From the NCBI RefSeq assembly GCF_963921235.1, contig NC_086097.1, positions 15,562,001-15,626,000 on the forward strand: 64,000 nucleotides of DNA. The letters run 5' to 3'. This document shows positions 23,500 through 37,955 of the stretch, piece by piece (position 1 is the first letter of the stretch; every line of letters begins with the position of its first letter). This stretch comes from Mobula hypostoma (taxonomy: Eukaryota). Below the pieces are notes generated by a model. The model was not told where the DNA came from, did not search any database, and saw only the letters and a program-made list of their open reading frames with translations. The translations under genes and the position numbers were made by a program.

Positions 23500-24575
23500 C
23501 TCCAACACCATCACACTGAGCACGGGGCCCCCCAGGGCTGTGTGCTCAGTCCACTGCTGTTCACTCTGCTGACACACAACTGTGCTGCAACACACAGCTC
23601 GAACCACATCATCAAGTTCGCTGATGACACGACCGTGGTGGGTCTCATCAGCAAGAACGATGAGTCAGCATACAGAGAAGAGGTGCAGCGGCTAACAGAC
23701 AGGTGCAGAGCCAACAACCTGTCTCTGAATGTGAACAAAACAAAAGAAATGGTTGTTGACTTCAGGAGGACACGGAGTGACCACTCTCTGCTGAACATCA
23801 ACGACTCCTCCGTAGAGATCGTTAAGAACACCAGGTTTCTTGGTGTTCACCTGGCAGAGAATCTCACCTGGTCCTTCAACACCAGCTCCATAGCAAAGAA
23901 AGCCCAGCAGCGTCTCTACTTTCTGCGAAGGCTGAGAAAAGTCCATCTCCCACCCCACCATCCTCACCACATTCTACAGAGGTTGTATTGAGAGCATCCT
24001 GAGCAGCTGCATCACTGCCTGGTTCGGAAATTGCACCATCTCAGATTGCAAGACCCTGCAGCGGATAGTGAGGTCAGCTGAGAAGATCATCGGGGTCTCT
24101 CTTCCCACCATTACAGACATTGACACCACATGCTGCATCCGTAAAGCAAACAGCATTATGAAGGACCCCACACACCTCTCATACCAAACTCTTCTCCCTC
24201 CTGCCATCTGGCAAAAGGCACCGAAGCATTCGGGCTGTCACAACCAGACTTTGTAACAGTTTCTTCCCCCAAGCCATCAGACTCCTCAATACCCAGAGCC
24301 TGGACTGACACCAACCTACTGCCCTCTACTGTGCCTATTGCCTTGTTTATTAATTATTGTAATGCCTGCACTGTTTTGTGCACTTTACGCAGTCCTTGGT
24401 AGGTCTGTAGCCTAGTGTAGTTTCTGTGTTGTTTTACGTAGTCCAGTGTAGCTTTTTGTTTTGTTTCATGTAGCACCATGGTCCTGAAAAACGTCGTCTC
24501 ATTTTAACTGTGTACTGTACCAGCAGTTATGGTCAAAATGACAATAAAAAGTGACTTGACTTAACTTGGCTTGAC
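23500..24575 (+). mobile_element. 5'-truncated Rex1/Babar-type LINE, relatively young
   Basis: Encodes GAPQGCVLSPLLFTLLT, IIKFADDTTVVGLI, LNVNKTKEMVVDFRR, KKAQQRLYFLRRL. Ends AATAAA plus a (GACTT)n-like tail. Sits inside an older CR1 remnant. Confidence 0.9.
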
Positions 24576-24639
24576 CTGGAAAGCAATGCCTGAGAGAGTA
24601 GTTGGAGTTGGGTCACTGACATAATTTTTCTTTCGAAAT

Positions 24640-25290
24640 CAATTTTCTTGTAGCTTACATGTCGTGAATTTGTTAATTTGCAGCAGAAGTACAGTGGAAA
24701 ACAAAAATTACTCTAAGTTATCAAAAAAAAAGTCTGAAAAAGGAATTGCAAGGTAGTGTTCATGGACCATTCAGTAATACATTGGTGGAGGGGAGGAAGC
24801 TGTTCCTAAAACGTTTGAGTGTGGATCTTCAGACTCCTGTACCAAGAGGCAGATATGTCCAGGGTAGATGCCACCTTTTCAAGGCGCTGCCTTTTGAAGA
24901 TGTGGAGAGAGTTGAGATGACTGAGTCTACAGCTGTGTGCAGCCTCTTTTGATTCTGCATATTGGAGCCTTTACAGCTGGTGTTGAGGCAGCCAGTCAGA
25001 AGGCTCTCCACTGTACATCCGTAGAAACTTGATAAAGTCTTTAGTGACATACAGAATTTCCTCAGACTCATAATGAAGTATAGCTGCTGGCATGCCACCT
25101 TCATAATTGTATTGGGCTCTGGAGAGATCACTTAAGATAGTGACACCCTTTCCATCACTGAACCCTTAATGATGACTTCCCCTTCCTAATGTCCACAGTC
25201 AATTCCTTGAACTTGCCAACAAGTACAAGGTTCTTGTTGAGACACTACTCAACCAGCTGATCTCTCTCACTTCTCTGCACCTCCTGTGGC
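24640..25290 (-). mobile_element. Rex1/Babar-type 3' fragment
   Basis: ORF 24829-25131 encodes KVACQQLYFIMSLRKF...FYGCTVESLLTGC. Confidence 0.75.
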
Positions 25291-28200
25291 CTCAATGAAC
25301 ACTTGATTTGGTTAGACACGGAGTGCTATGGACCAGGTTCTGGGTGTTAAGGGCTAATGCAGAAGGCTGCCCACTGGTTAGGCTGAATGGCTTGTCTCCA
25401 GGCTGCTTGATTGTACAATTCTCTTATTCGTGCCAGTCATTAGGAAACAGGCTGTCCACCTGCATTCAATCTGCATTGCAGTAGCTTTTCTTTAGCTCTT
25501 TGGGAGTATAGATCACTGTTCTTGTGCCTAATCACTCTCCAACTGGCCATACTGTAAGTCTGCCTGTGCACTAGTGGGCTTTTTAGTAATGCTTTCTATT
25601 TGAATTTCCCATTATCACTTGCTGTAAAGGTTTATACAGAAATGATGGCCATTTAGTTGAAATTGCACAGAATCATACCATGGCCTGAGTTGACATTCTT
25701 CGGAGAAACTGAAGGAAAAAGTACAGAGAGAAAGGCTTCATGATTAATTAAAGAAACACTGAGTTTAAGCACAGTGATGCCCGGCATACTCACTAGACTC
25801 ACCAACAATATAATGTCAGCATTTAGGATTAGGAGTGGACAGTACACCAAGTAAGAGTTGTGTAAGGAGGAATTGGGTAGTGCTGAAGTACTTTAAATTA
25901 ACAAGAAGATGGAAGATAAGCCAAAGGGTAAAGAAAAAGTTAAATCAAAAAGCAAGTGAAAGAAATGTTATTGTGTATAGCATAATTTGTCTTGAGCCAT
26001 TTTGGAGAAATCATGTCTCTGACCAGCAGGAATGCCATTAACATTAAAAGATATGAGAAGCTTTGCAACATTCCTAATCCATTTACAAATTTGAGTTTTG
26101 AATTTCTTTGGGTAGGATTGATGTGGATGTGAAGCAGATTTGCTAAATATGGACATTGCTAAGGGTGGATAGGTTGAAAAGAAATATATAATGGTTTAAA
26201 AGCAAAATTGTGAAAGAGGCATGCAGTTGATTGACTGATAGTAAACAGCAATGTGTCTGGATCACTGGCAACAAAAATGCAATTTGAAAATATGCATTTT
26301 TGGCCACAGATAAAGAAAGAATTGGGAGTATATATAAAAGGAAGCCAACCAGAACAGGGAAGTGAATAAATCAATTCTTCATTTTGTAAACCCTTGAAAT
26401 ACAAAGATTTCTTCACTTTCAATGCAGAAACAATTAAAAAGACTTCAAAATCTTCAAGGCGGAACTTTGTGAAGCTATAGAAGGATAGATAGAAATGCAG
26501 ACATATGGATTTCTTCAGATTCTTGAAGAGATCTGAAAACTGTATGCAACAACTTGTGCTTATGAAGCAACATGGAAAAGCATTCCAAACCATTTTTAAC
26601 TCTTACATTTGTGATGCACTAATCAGAGCATGTTCAATTTAGAGGAAAGTATGAAGTGTTATGTGCTGATATGTGAATAGATAGTTAAATCAAATCTTGC
26701 AGCAGTTGGTTAAGTTACTAGATCTGCAGTGAGAAATCTGGGTTGTTGATCCAGAGATATGAATTTGAATCTTCTGTTGTCAGCTTTGGAATTCTAAATT
26801 CCATATTTATTTAGTTACTCAGAGCCCAAATGCTGATAATTGCAATACCGTGTGGATCACAGTAGTGTTCTGAAATACAAAAATCTTAAAAATGTGAAGC
26901 TAAGAAATAGTCTAAACTACAGAACACAGAATGCTGGTAAGTATTTTGGATATTTGTCAGTTTTGTGGACTAGATAATGTTGTGCAGAAAATTTCTTCAG
27001 AGGATTGGATGGTTTAGTGGAGTCTGTGGTAAACAAATTGTTACATTAGCCAAGTAAAAAAATATCTTGACAGTCCAATTGTTTTTGTTCAGTGCTTTGG
27101 TATTCTTCCGTACAATGAAATAGAGCATTAGCATAACATGAAGAATCTTCAGTCACAACATGCTGACTGGAAAATTGCATTTGTATGTTTACATGAAGTA
27201 TTGAATAGTTATTTGGTTGCTGGAAAGATTCTAACACACTGCAACATATCTACTTCAGAACAGTAGTAAAAAGATTATTAATTGTAATTAAATCCGTTTC
27301 CATTCAGTCAGTATACAGTTTTAAATGAAATTAAGTATCTGTCATGGAAGTTGATCTATTTCAATTTTTGGGACTAACTGGGGGTATTAAATTAGGGTGA
27401 TTCTGACCGATGCTCCATTGAATGCTCTGTTTTAAGCATAGTGCTGAAAGTAGTGTGGCCCTACAGGTTTAAACTTCCATACATCAGATACAGGTATATG
27501 GTCCACTTTCATTTCCATTCAGAGATCTAAGGATATCAGTGCTATTAAATGATAAAACATGGTGAATCACTTCATGTCAGAGAAATATTTGTCTCCTATT
27601 TATAAAATGAGGGGATGCCCGATGCATAAATGAGTAGCTTTTGCACAAAAATCATTAAAGCAGTAGTTGACCTTTTTAAGATTTTGGCAAATTCTCCTGC
27701 ATGAAATGATGTAAGACAAAGCAGGGATATCTTGACAGAGAAAGTAATTCCAGCTGGTTTAATAATCTTATAGAAATAAGATGCATCTAAGTGGCATTAT
27801 ATCAAATGAACTGAAGGTATTTGTTCATTTTCTTGATTGATTGAGCATTTAAGTTATATCATAAAATGCCCATTCATTGCTAAAATGCAGTTTTTTCATG
27901 CATTGAAGCCATGGGTTGTCAATCAAGATTGTTGGGCAGCTTGCTTCATTCTTTCTACTTCAAATCATAAGCCAAGGAATGACTTTGGTTATTCAGTGGT
28001 AAAATATTCATTGCTGCACAAGCTAGAAAAATGTTGAGGGAGTTAGGCGGGTAGACAGAGAATTTTAAAAAATCTCAAGGTGTATTGGAAGCTTGAAATG
28101 ACGTTATTAGTACAGGTTTAATAAGGTTTAGTTCAGTATATATCCTTGGTTCATGGTAAACTTAAAAAAAAAAGACTATTCAACTAAACTGCACAAAAAA

Positions 28201-28784
28201 TAACAGCACTACCTTCCTCATCCCTTTTGGACTGGCATGTATGTTTTGGGTATTGTGCAAGTGAGTGCTTTCCTGTTTTATCCCTAGTTTCTTGTGGAAA
28301 ACGTTCCATCTGGACCTCTCCGCCATCATGTATTTTTAACGTTACTGAATCTTGTAGATCAGTCAATTAGCTGTTCCCCTTGTCTACATTGTTAGCCCGC
28401 TTGCTGCTTAGTCAAAAGCTTGTGTGTGGCTCCCACTCCATAATTTTGCGGGGAAATAATGCAGGTTGCCAGATTGAGGAGCAACTGCACCTTCAGAGTT
28501 GCTGGTTATTTGGATAAATTTTTAAACAACCCCACATGAGACACTGGAGGAACTTGAAGGGCAGGGTGAGGCTTTTAAATTTGCGTCATGGCTTTTTAAA
28601 TGCTAATTTGACAACTTTCTCATATAACCGTTGCCGTAACAAGTTCTATCTGCAGCATTGAGGGAGGCTGTTTTGGCCATTCGAGTCCATGCTGGCTCAC
28701 AGAATAATCCCATTCTCTGCTAATTGTCCCTGTCACCTATTCTTTCCACGTTCCCATCAACTCCACCTCCCTCCAAGAATGAGA

Positions 28785-29095
28785 TATGAGATTAGCACGT
28801 ACATCAAAAGTACAGTGAAGTGCATCATTTGCGTCGAGTCAAATCGGTGAAGATTGTGCTGGGGCAGCCTGCAAGTGTCACCATGATTTCAGTGCAAATG
28901 TAGCATACCGACAGCTTGCTAAGCCTAACCATTCCACGTCTTTGGAATGTGGGAGGAAACCGGTGCATCCAGAGTAAACCCACGCAGTTACAACAGAACG
29001 TATAAACACGTTACAAACAGTGGCTGGGGTCGAACCCTGATCAGTGATTGCTGGTGCTGTATAGCTATTGTGCTGATCGCTATACTACTGCGCCC
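28785..29095 (-). mobile_element. V-SINE
   Basis: ggaatgtgggaggaaaccggtgcatccagagtaaacccacgcag...ggtcgaaccc. Confidence 0.75.
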
Positions 29096-29122
29096 GTCCC
29101 ATGGCAGCACTTACCTACACAA

Positions 29123-29928
29123 AGATTCAAAGTACATTTATTATCAAAATATGTATACTGAATGCAGCTGAGATTTGTCCTCCCGCAGGCAGCCACAAAA
29201 CCAAGAAACATCATGAAACCTGTTCAAGAAAACATCGAACACCCAATGCGCGAAAAAAGAACAAATTGCGCAAATGGCAAAAAGTGAGTGGGGAATATCA
29301 AACACCAAACCGGGAGTCCAGTGGTATTCAGTTTAGTTCAATTCAGTGCTGTGTCGCTGGCCCACTGCAGGCCACAGGATTGTTCTTCACCAGTGCGCCC
29401 CAGTCCACATTGATCAAACTGCTCAAAAACAGCAAAAAAAGAATAACACATGCAGCATGAGCCTTAAGGTACTCCAAAATGTTCCAATCAATCCTTGCAA
29501 TGTGGATCCCAAGAATCCTGCAATTTCCTCCAACAACTGCTAGTGGGTGGGAGAGGAAGACTGATCATTTGCGGGCAGATGGCGCCGAACACCCGCTTAT
29601 CCTCCTCCGCTGTCGACCTCATCGACTTCAATCTTGCTCAACGGCTCAGTCGGAGAGAAGCAATGGAGCTGATCTTGGGCTCGCATCCCAGGCTTCCTGG
29701 TCTCCAGGCCCCACACCCCCTTCCAAACCTTAACAAACTCCCTCATCCAGATTGCTCATTTGGTCCAAAAACACACAATCAAAATTTAAGTCATGGGTTC
29801 CAATGGCAGGCAGTTCAGTTGTAGAATCATATTTGGAAGAAGTAGTAGTAATAGTAAAAGGAGGAGTTTCATGGTCTGTCTGCAGGACATCGCTGTTGGG
29901 TGCATTGTTCGTTGGCACCATCTTAAAG
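29123..29928 (-). mobile_element. Non-coding AAGATGGTGCC-headed element with a Rex-type tail
   Basis: Minus strand starts taagatggtgcc and ends tgataataaatgtactttgaatc. Confidence 0.6.
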
Positions 29929-30254
29929 TCAACAGGGAAAACAGCATTCATTTCAAATAAAAGCAAGGATGTAATGCTGAGGCTTTATAAGGCATTAGTC
30001 AGGCCTCATTTGATGTAAGCTGTTTTGGGCCCCATATTTAAGAAAAGATGTGCTGACATTAGAGAGGGGTCAAAGGAAGTATACAAGAATGATCTCAGGA
30101 ATGAAAGGGTTAATACATGTGGAGCATTTGATGGAGGAATTGATCTGAATGGTGATAAATCCTCACCATTCTGGGGTTTTGTATGTTTGCATTGTCGTCT
30201 ACTGCGACATTCAATGCATTAATTGTGATCTTATAAATTTCCATTGACGCTAGA

Positions 30255-31700
30255 ATGGTTCCCACAAATTTGAAGGTAACAGATGTAACTCCACTATTCA
30301 TGAAAGGAGGGACAGAGAGAAACAGAATAACAATGGACCAACTAGCCCAACATGAGTAGTAGGGGAAAAAAGCAGGAAATCTGTAACAAGGAATTGCTAA
30401 CAGGACTCTTGGAAAATAAAAGTGGGATCGGGCAGACTCAGACTCATCATGTTATTATGACAGGTGTTTGAGGTTGTTAGAGCTTTAGAGGCTGTAATTA
30501 GCAGAGTAGATGAGGGGAAACCAGTTGATGTGCTGGATTTGTCTTCAGAGAATCAGAATCTGGTTTAATATCACTAACATGTTGTGAAATTTGTTTTGAG
30601 GCAGAAATACATAATAAACTGTAAATTGCAATAAATATGTAATAATATATTAAATAAGTAATGCAAAATAGATTGTTTATTGCGTAAGATTCTAGTCTCT
30701 GCAGTCGCTTGTGACTTCAACATTTAGGATGGTAAACTGGCTTGAGCTGAGCTTTCTTAATGGAGAGAAATCAGAAGACATTGATGGTCATTTTCAGATT
30801 GAGAGATAATGACCAATTGATGTTGTAGGTATCATTGTTGTGTCCCCAGCCATACACAATCTTGATCACTGGTTTATTGGAGGCTATCAAGTGGAAAGTG
30901 TTCCATGATTTCTGATAACACAGAAGCTAAGTGGCAATGGGAGCTGTGAAAAGGATTCAGAAGGCTTTGCAGGACGTAGACAGGCTCCATAACTGATGAA
31001 GTACATAGTATATGGACCAGAAAATGGAAAATTCTGAGGTCATTCATTTTGACAGTAAAAATAGTAAAGCAAAACATTGAAAGACTGCAAGGTGTTGGTG
31101 TTCACTGGGGCATAGGAGTTTTTCTGCCTGAATTGATGAATGCATGTTTGACAAGTGGTTCTGAAAGCAAATGGTGTCTAGCCCTTTATTGCAGAGGATT
31201 TGAGTACAAGAGTTGAGACATCTTGTTCCAGTTTTATGGAGCCCTGGTGAGACCACATTTGGAACTTTGTGCTCAAGAATACAGCAATGCTTCATCAGGG
31301 ATAGATTTATCAAGATGGTGGTTTTGTTGTGAGAAGTGAGGAGATGCTAATTAGATTAGGCCTATGCACTCATGTTTAGAAGAGTGAGAGGTGGTCTTAT
31401 TGAAGTTTACAGGATTCTTAATAAGATTTTATAGTGTAGACGTAGAATTAATTTTCCCTGCCTTTGGCTTCCAATACTAGGAAGTCACATTCTCAAAATA
31501 AAGAGTTGGATATTCAGAATAGAGATGAGAGGTATTTTTTTTTACTCAGTGGTGAATCTGTGGAGGCTCTCAAGGTGGAAATTAATAGGTTTTAAAATAT
31601 TAGGGGAATTGAAGGATATGGGGTTAGCGCAGGGATGTTGAAGATCAACAATGGTCTTATTGAATGGGGGAGAAGGCACCAATGCCAAATGATATCCAAC
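30255..31700 (+). mobile_element. Degraded CR1-clade LINE
   Basis: Remnants of gtaactccactattcatgaaagg (VTPLFxKG), ctggtgagaccacatttgga (LVRPHL) and the 3' UTR. Confidence 0.65.
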
Positions 31701-31712
31701 ATTTGTTTCTCG

Positions 31713-32545
31713 TGAGCAACACACAAAAAGCTGGAGGAACTATGAAAATGAATAGACAGTGGATGTTTTGGGCTGGAAAGGATGCGGGAGATGTCAGAAT
31801 AAAAAGGTGAGGATAGGGAAAGTAAGGCAAGCTTAGAAAGTGATAAATGAAGCCAGATGAATGGGAAAGGTAAAGGGCTGGAGAAGAAGGAATCCGATAG
31901 AGGAGAGTGGACCATGGGAGAAGGGGAAGAAGGAGGGGCACAGGGTGAGAGGCAGGTGAGGAGTTGAGGTAAGAGGTCTGAGTGATTATAGAAGAAAAAA
32001 GGGAGGGAAAATAAAAGTAAACAAAATTACCGGAAGGAAAAATTGATATTCATGCTATCTGGTTGGAGGTGACCTGGATGAAATGAGGTGTTGCTATCCA
32101 CCCTGAGAGTGGCCTCATCGTAACAGAAGAGGAAGCTGTGGACTGATATGTCAGAACGGGAATGGAAATAAGAAGTAAAATGGTTGACCACTGGGAATTT
32201 CCAGATTTAGCAGATGGAGTGGAGGTGCTCAGCAGAGCAGTTCTCCAGTCTATTTCGGGCCTCAACAATGTAAAGAAGGCTGCTTTGAGAATACTTGGTA
32301 CAATAGGTGACCCCAACAGATTCACAGATGAACTGTTGCCTCTCCTGGAAGGTCTGTTTGGGGCCCTGAATGGAGGCGAGGGAGGAGATGGATGGGCTGG
32401 TATAGCATTTCTGTTGCTTGCAGGAATATGTACCAGGAGGGAGATTAGTGGGAAGGGATGAATGGACAAGAGAATCACAAAGGGAGCGATCCCAACGGAC
32501 AACAGCAAGAGAAGAGGAAAGTAAAGATGTGCTTGTTGGATGCGA
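31713..32545 (-). mobile_element. Older Penelope-like fragment (terminus plus GIY-YIG remnant)
   Basis: Begins gagcaacacacaaaaagctggaggaact. 32040-32480 is recognisably homologous to 8330-8790. Confidence 0.8.
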
Positions 32546-34049
32546 GGGCTAATTATTTTTATTTCATAACCAGAGTATTTGCATCCAGATTTGGGAATAT
32601 GCAGAGATTTTGGAGAGGATGCAGAAAAGTTTACTAAAAGAAAAAAGGCTCTGTTTTTGGCAGATAGGCTACAGAAAATTGAAACACAATATTGTTAGAA
32701 GATCTGCTAGAGGTAAGATATTTAAAACCATGAAAGTTTTGCACTATTCAGCAGGAAAGAAGCTGTTCCCATTAATGGATGGGTCAAGAACTGATGAATG
32801 TCGAATGAAGGTGATTAGCTAAAAAATGAATAGTGACTTGAGAGAAAACATTTTTATTCCATGAGTGATCTGGGTGGGGAATTCTTTGCCAAAGATGTGT
32901 CTTGAAGTCTTATTTCGTTGTGGTATTTAACAGGCAGCTAATCTTAACTGAGATGGTTTTAGGATTCCTAACTGATTACTGTTGTTGCTGTGAAATAGAA
33001 ATAGCTTCTAATTCAATCTTTTTACAAAGTTTTCTTCCCAACTGCAATACTTGTTTTGCATATAACTTAATGCATATTTTTCCCTTATAAGAATTTATAC
33101 CTTCCAGATTTTAGCTTCTCTTTCTGTTATTGTAAAACTTAACACAGACATTTTAAAGAACTTGTAATTATATATAGTGACCACTAGTTTTCTGGAAGGG
33201 TGAAAGGTGCTCTGAAAATAGAACATAATGACTCCAGGTTGTAATCATTTGATATCTAAAGAAAGTTTAGTAAACTAAATCTGTTGCCAAGCAGATGAAA
33301 TGAGAATTAGTGTAAAAACTTGAACAAAATGCCTCAGCATTTCTTTTTACACTGGTACTCTGTGTATTCTCAGGGTGCTGATTCCGTATATTGTCCTTTG
33401 TCCTAGAATCAGTAGTGCTCCTGAACTTTAAACGAAAGCTTCTATTCGGGTTCTTCTGGGAGTCCAGACTGAAACTATGCCTTTTGGTGGTTCTGATGAA
33501 GCCACTGAGGCAATATGCAGAGGTTGCCTTTGAGGACTGGTGGGTGTTAGAGCACGATGTGTAGGGCTGCACCCTGACCAGAACAACAAATGCAGGAATT
33601 GCTGGAGACTGGCATGGCTTTCAGTATTGGAAGCTACAATATCCCTTGTCTTTGTTTGTCTGCACAGTTCTTCGCAGCCCAGTGATTTCTCATTGGTAAC
33701 AAGCTCAGCTGTCATCACATTCACAGGAGGTGATGAGCGATATTAAGATCAAAGTATTCTGTCAACCCATGGAGCAGACACAATTAGTCCCCAGTCACGC
33801 CATCACACATTGTACTATGTGGGATAGGATGTACTCTTGAGCCCTGAATCTCAGTGCAGAACATCCACTTTCCTTTCCCAGTTCACCTACCATAAGCACT
33901 CAAAGCCATTGCATTCATTCCACATCAACTACGCAGCAATGAGATCATATTGTTGACACAGAGGTCTGAGCCCCTGAACCAGGTCCCCAGCAAAGCAGCA
34001 GAGAGCTGGGAAGGCTCACACCTATACCCAGCACAGTAATACTGTCAGT

Positions 34050-34730
34050 AACAATATCACCGGCCTATGTCATGAAATTTGTTGTTATGCAGCAACAGTA
34101 CATTACAATACATAATAAAAACTGCAAATTACAGTAAGCATGTGTATTTATATTTTAATATATATAAAATATTATATATTAAGTATGTATTTTAAGTTAA
34201 ATTAGTGCAAAAAGAGAAAAGAAAAAGTAGAGAGGTACTGTTTCATGGGTTCAATGTCCATTCAGAAATCGGATGGCAGAGGGGAAGAAACTGTTCCTGA
34301 ATCATTGAATGTGTGCCTTCAGTCTTCTGTACTTCCTTTCTGATGGTAACACTGAGAAGGTGGCATGTCTTGGGTGATGGGGTCCTTAATGATGGATGCT
34401 GCCTTCTTGAGACATCACTCTTTGAAGATGTCCTGGCTGCTGGGGAGGCTAGTGCCCATGAGAGAGCTGACTGGGTTTCAACTTTATTTTGATCTTGTGC
34501 AGTGCCCCTCTCCCATACCAGACAGTGATGCCAGTTGGTACATCTGTAGAAATTTGCGAGTGTCTTTGATAACGTACCAAATCTCCAGATGAAATGTAGC
34601 TGCTGTCATGCCTTCTTCACAACAGCATTGATATGTGGGTCCCAGGTTAGGTCCTCAGAGAGGTTGACACCCGGGAACTTGAAATGCTCACTCTTTCCAC
34701 TTCTGATCCTTCAATGAATACTGCTGTATA
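34050..34730 (-). mobile_element. Rex1/Babar-type 3' fragment
   Basis: Reverse complement of 20200-20830 (aaggcagcatccatcattaaggacccc...aacagtttcttcccctctgccatc). Confidence 0.8.
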
Positions 34731-35123
34731 TGAACTTCTCTGAATACAACTCTTACAGCTGATTCAATCATCACTGTAGTTCGAGGGAACATGTAATGTG
34801 TCCTGCGAGTTGCCTATGCATAGTTATTTTTATATGCCGCCAGATAATGTAACACAGAATCAAAGTAGAAAACTTCCCATACCTGAGTCTTTCCCTTTCC
34901 TATCCACTTATGAACATAATTAGGCTGATTTGGTAGCATCATCTCGAGTAATAGGGCTGTCTGAATTTAATCTTCTGATTCTAATTGGCTGAAATTGAGT
35001 ATTTTCCTGAAGCAAGTTCGGTGTCAGCCACACTGTTTTCTCTTAATAAGATTTTTCTGCCCGACCACTTTGTCTGTTCAGGCTACTTTTGGCTATTCCA
35101 TGAATCATCTATTTCTTTTACAG

Positions 35124-35205
35124 TTGAGTCTCAAAATGATATGTTGGACGATGCGCAGAGAAAATTATTAAACCTGGTCAACAACAATGAAGGAAAAATT
35201 GACAA
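35124..35205 (+). CDS. TRIP11: TRIP11 internal coding exon (start of GRAB region)
   Basis: Acceptor tttcttttacag|TT. Encodes VESQNDMLDDAQRKLLNLVNNNEGKID(K). Donor AA|gtatgt, phase 2. Confidence 0.92.
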
Positions 35206-36259
35206 GTATGTATCAATACCCAATTTTATATCAGTAATGCATGAATTCTTTTTGTATTAAAATTAATACTTGGTGTCTGATTTTAATGTATTTACTGGAA
35301 TCCAGAGGAGTAGCATTGATAAAGAACACTACTGGATGATTTTGGGCAATAATTGGCCATAATCATCAATATCTTGAAGAACAAGAATAACTGGATAGGG
35401 AGACTATCAAATGCAAGTCCTTCTCCAAATCACACCGTCCTGATGTGAGATGAATATCACTCTTAACCTCTGGGTCAAAGGCTGTAGCCATCACTGTGAG
35501 TGATTGTTCACTACAGGCTGTCTGCAGGTGACTTATGAACACTCCTTGTACAAATGAGCCTGCATAGTATTATTAAATTCAGAAGTCTGAAGTAGGTACA
35601 TACATATCCTATGCATTGCAGAATTAGTTTCCTCTCTCTCCACTTTTAGTAATTATTATTTCATAACAGTCTTGAGTGTTTTCAGTGCTATTCATTGCAA
35701 TGCTGTGGAGGTTCAATTACAAATCAAGAGATTTTTGTTATTTTCCAATGTACGAACAAAATTTACCAATGGATGGATGTTAAAATGGAACCTATTCATT
35801 ACCCAGGACAGTCTGGATTGGATTTGAAAATTCAAAGTAATGGTTCACCATCATTTGCTCATTGGAAGATATATTGGGCAACCCGTGTTAGCTTTTCTAG
35901 CAGCATCCACATCCCATAAGTTAATTTAAAATAAAACAATGATTCAACAAAAACCGTTTTCTGTTTTCCTGAAAATCCTGATTTACTACTTTGTGATTCT
36001 GCTTGCAGCAGCATTCTTCCTTATCTAATTCACTACCTGTGAATCCAGGCTCCTGCTAAGACATATCTGCTGCTGCTCATTGATGTTGTAAAATGTTGTC
36101 ATGTCTATATCAAGGTATATTTAACATTTACAATTATGGAAAGTTACAAAGATGTTCAAATTGCACAGAAGTCTCTCTTATCTACATACAAGTCGATTCC
36201 ATATATGTAGTGGTTCCAGATCACAATCTGAACATGTTATATTTAAAAAATATATCAAA

Positions 36260-36735
36260 TCAAGTTTATATCATTTGCATAAGTATATGAAGCACAGATG
36301 CAATGAAAAACTTACTTGTAGCAGCATCACAGGCACATATAAGCAGCATTCATAAGAAAAACATAAATTAAACGTAATTATACTCAAGAAAGCACAGTTA
36401 CTACAGAACAAAAAACAAAGTCAACTTTAGTGCAAATGTTTATTGGGATGCTATGTTAAAGTGATAGGGTTGTGAAGGTTAATTCAATAACAAATGATTG
36501 AAGAGAAGTAGCTGTCGTTGGACCAGGTGTTGGAGGCTTCTTTACTTCCTGCATGATGGTGGCTGCAAGAAAATGACATGGCCTGGACAGTAGGGATCTT
36601 TGGTAGATGGTGCCTGCTTGAAGCAATGCCTTCTGTAGATATTTCCGATGGTGGGAAGGATACCTGTCATGTATGGGCAGATCCCATTACTTTCTGCAGC
36701 TTCTTCAGCTCCTGTGCATTCAAGTTGCCATTCTG
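36260..36735 (-). mobile_element. Rex1/Babar-type 3' fragment
   Basis: ORF 36542-36748 encodes IYRRHCFKQAPSTKDPYCPGHVIFLQPPS. Confidence 0.6.
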
Positions 36736-36952
36736 CTGTAGAAATCAATTAGATTACCTTTGAGAAAACTTAAATATTTTCCTTAATATCAACGGTTGAT
36801 TTCAGTATCGTAGAAGTTTCTTTTGAGGAAAAAATTATGATTGTATTATGCACTTAAAGCAAAATCATTGCTAGTTAGAATGCCACTTAATTGAAATGCA
36901 GATCTGCCTTTTTTTTTGTATGTTCATTAACCATTTGCTCTTTATTTCCAAG

Positions 36953-37067
36953 GGTTTTGATGAGAAATTTGTTTGTGAGTTACTTCCATACTCCAAAAAA
37001 CAAGCGCAATGAGGCAATGCGGATGATGGGAAGTGTGCTAGGGCTGAAGAAAGAAGAGATTAGTCAG
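36953..37067 (+). CDS. TRIP11: TRIP11 exon encoding the GRAB (GRIP-related Arf-binding) domain core
   Basis: Acceptor tttatttccaag|G. Encodes [38 protein letters not shown]. Donor CAG|gtatga, phase 0. Confidence 0.93.
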
Positions 37068-37955
37068 GTATGATTGAATCATCCAGTGTAGTTGGTGAAT
37101 CATATGGATATGGCTGTAGGGTAATTGGTAAATTGCTGGACTAACAATTCAGAGCTGCAAGGTCAAATCGCACAATCCTGACCATTCACTTCCTTGCATT
37201 GTATTTGTAGTGTCTTTCATCCAACGACATTTTTTTTTCTTGCACCCCTACATCAGACAAAGAGGGCAGGCATACTAGAATGATACTTCTTCAAGTTGCA
37301 TGCGATTCTGATTTGGAAATGGTTATCATTGCTCCATGAATGGGATAAAATCATGGAAATCCTTACTATGTTTTAATTTAGTTCATAGTCTGGAATTTAA
37401 AAGAAAATACCTGTCTTAAAAACCCATCTGGTTCACCCAGTGTCTTTCAAAGGAGGGAAAATGCTATTTCTACCAGGTATGGCCAACCACAGCAATGTGT
37501 TTGACTCGTAACTGCTCTCTGAAATGGTCTGGCATTAATATCACAACCACTTCATTAAAACAGAGCAGCGGATACATAGAATGGTACACTCAGCATTCAT
37601 CTATGTATCAAACTTGGAAATGCTAAAATCACCCTGCTTCCAGTTGACCTTGCAGAGACCTCCTCACAAATATAAAAGGAAATGGTGTCTAAAGGGGGGT
37701 TGTCCTGTCAACATCATACCTTAGAGACAACGTACCGGACTCTTCCATCGCAAGCTCTGGATAGGTCCTGCTCCATTGGCAGTATAAACCCACCATTGCA
37801 ATGGTCTACAGAACCCAGGATCTTGACAACCCGGACAGGTAGCACAAGTAGTTCATCACATGATTTCCTTGACCCCATAAGATGTCACGGCATCAAGTCA
37901 AACATACATATTACCACATCCTGTTCTCCCTCAGTGGATGGATCAGTGTTACCAT

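Noticed and set aside
26159..26593. 144-aa minus-strand ORF as a gene
   Set aside because: Phe/Ser/Cys-rich composition typical of the antisense of purine-rich non-coding DNA, with no recognisable domain.
33320..34040. Possible processed pseudogene or Tx1-like fragment
   Set aside because: Slightly GC-richer, but I found no convincing protein motif, TSD or tail.
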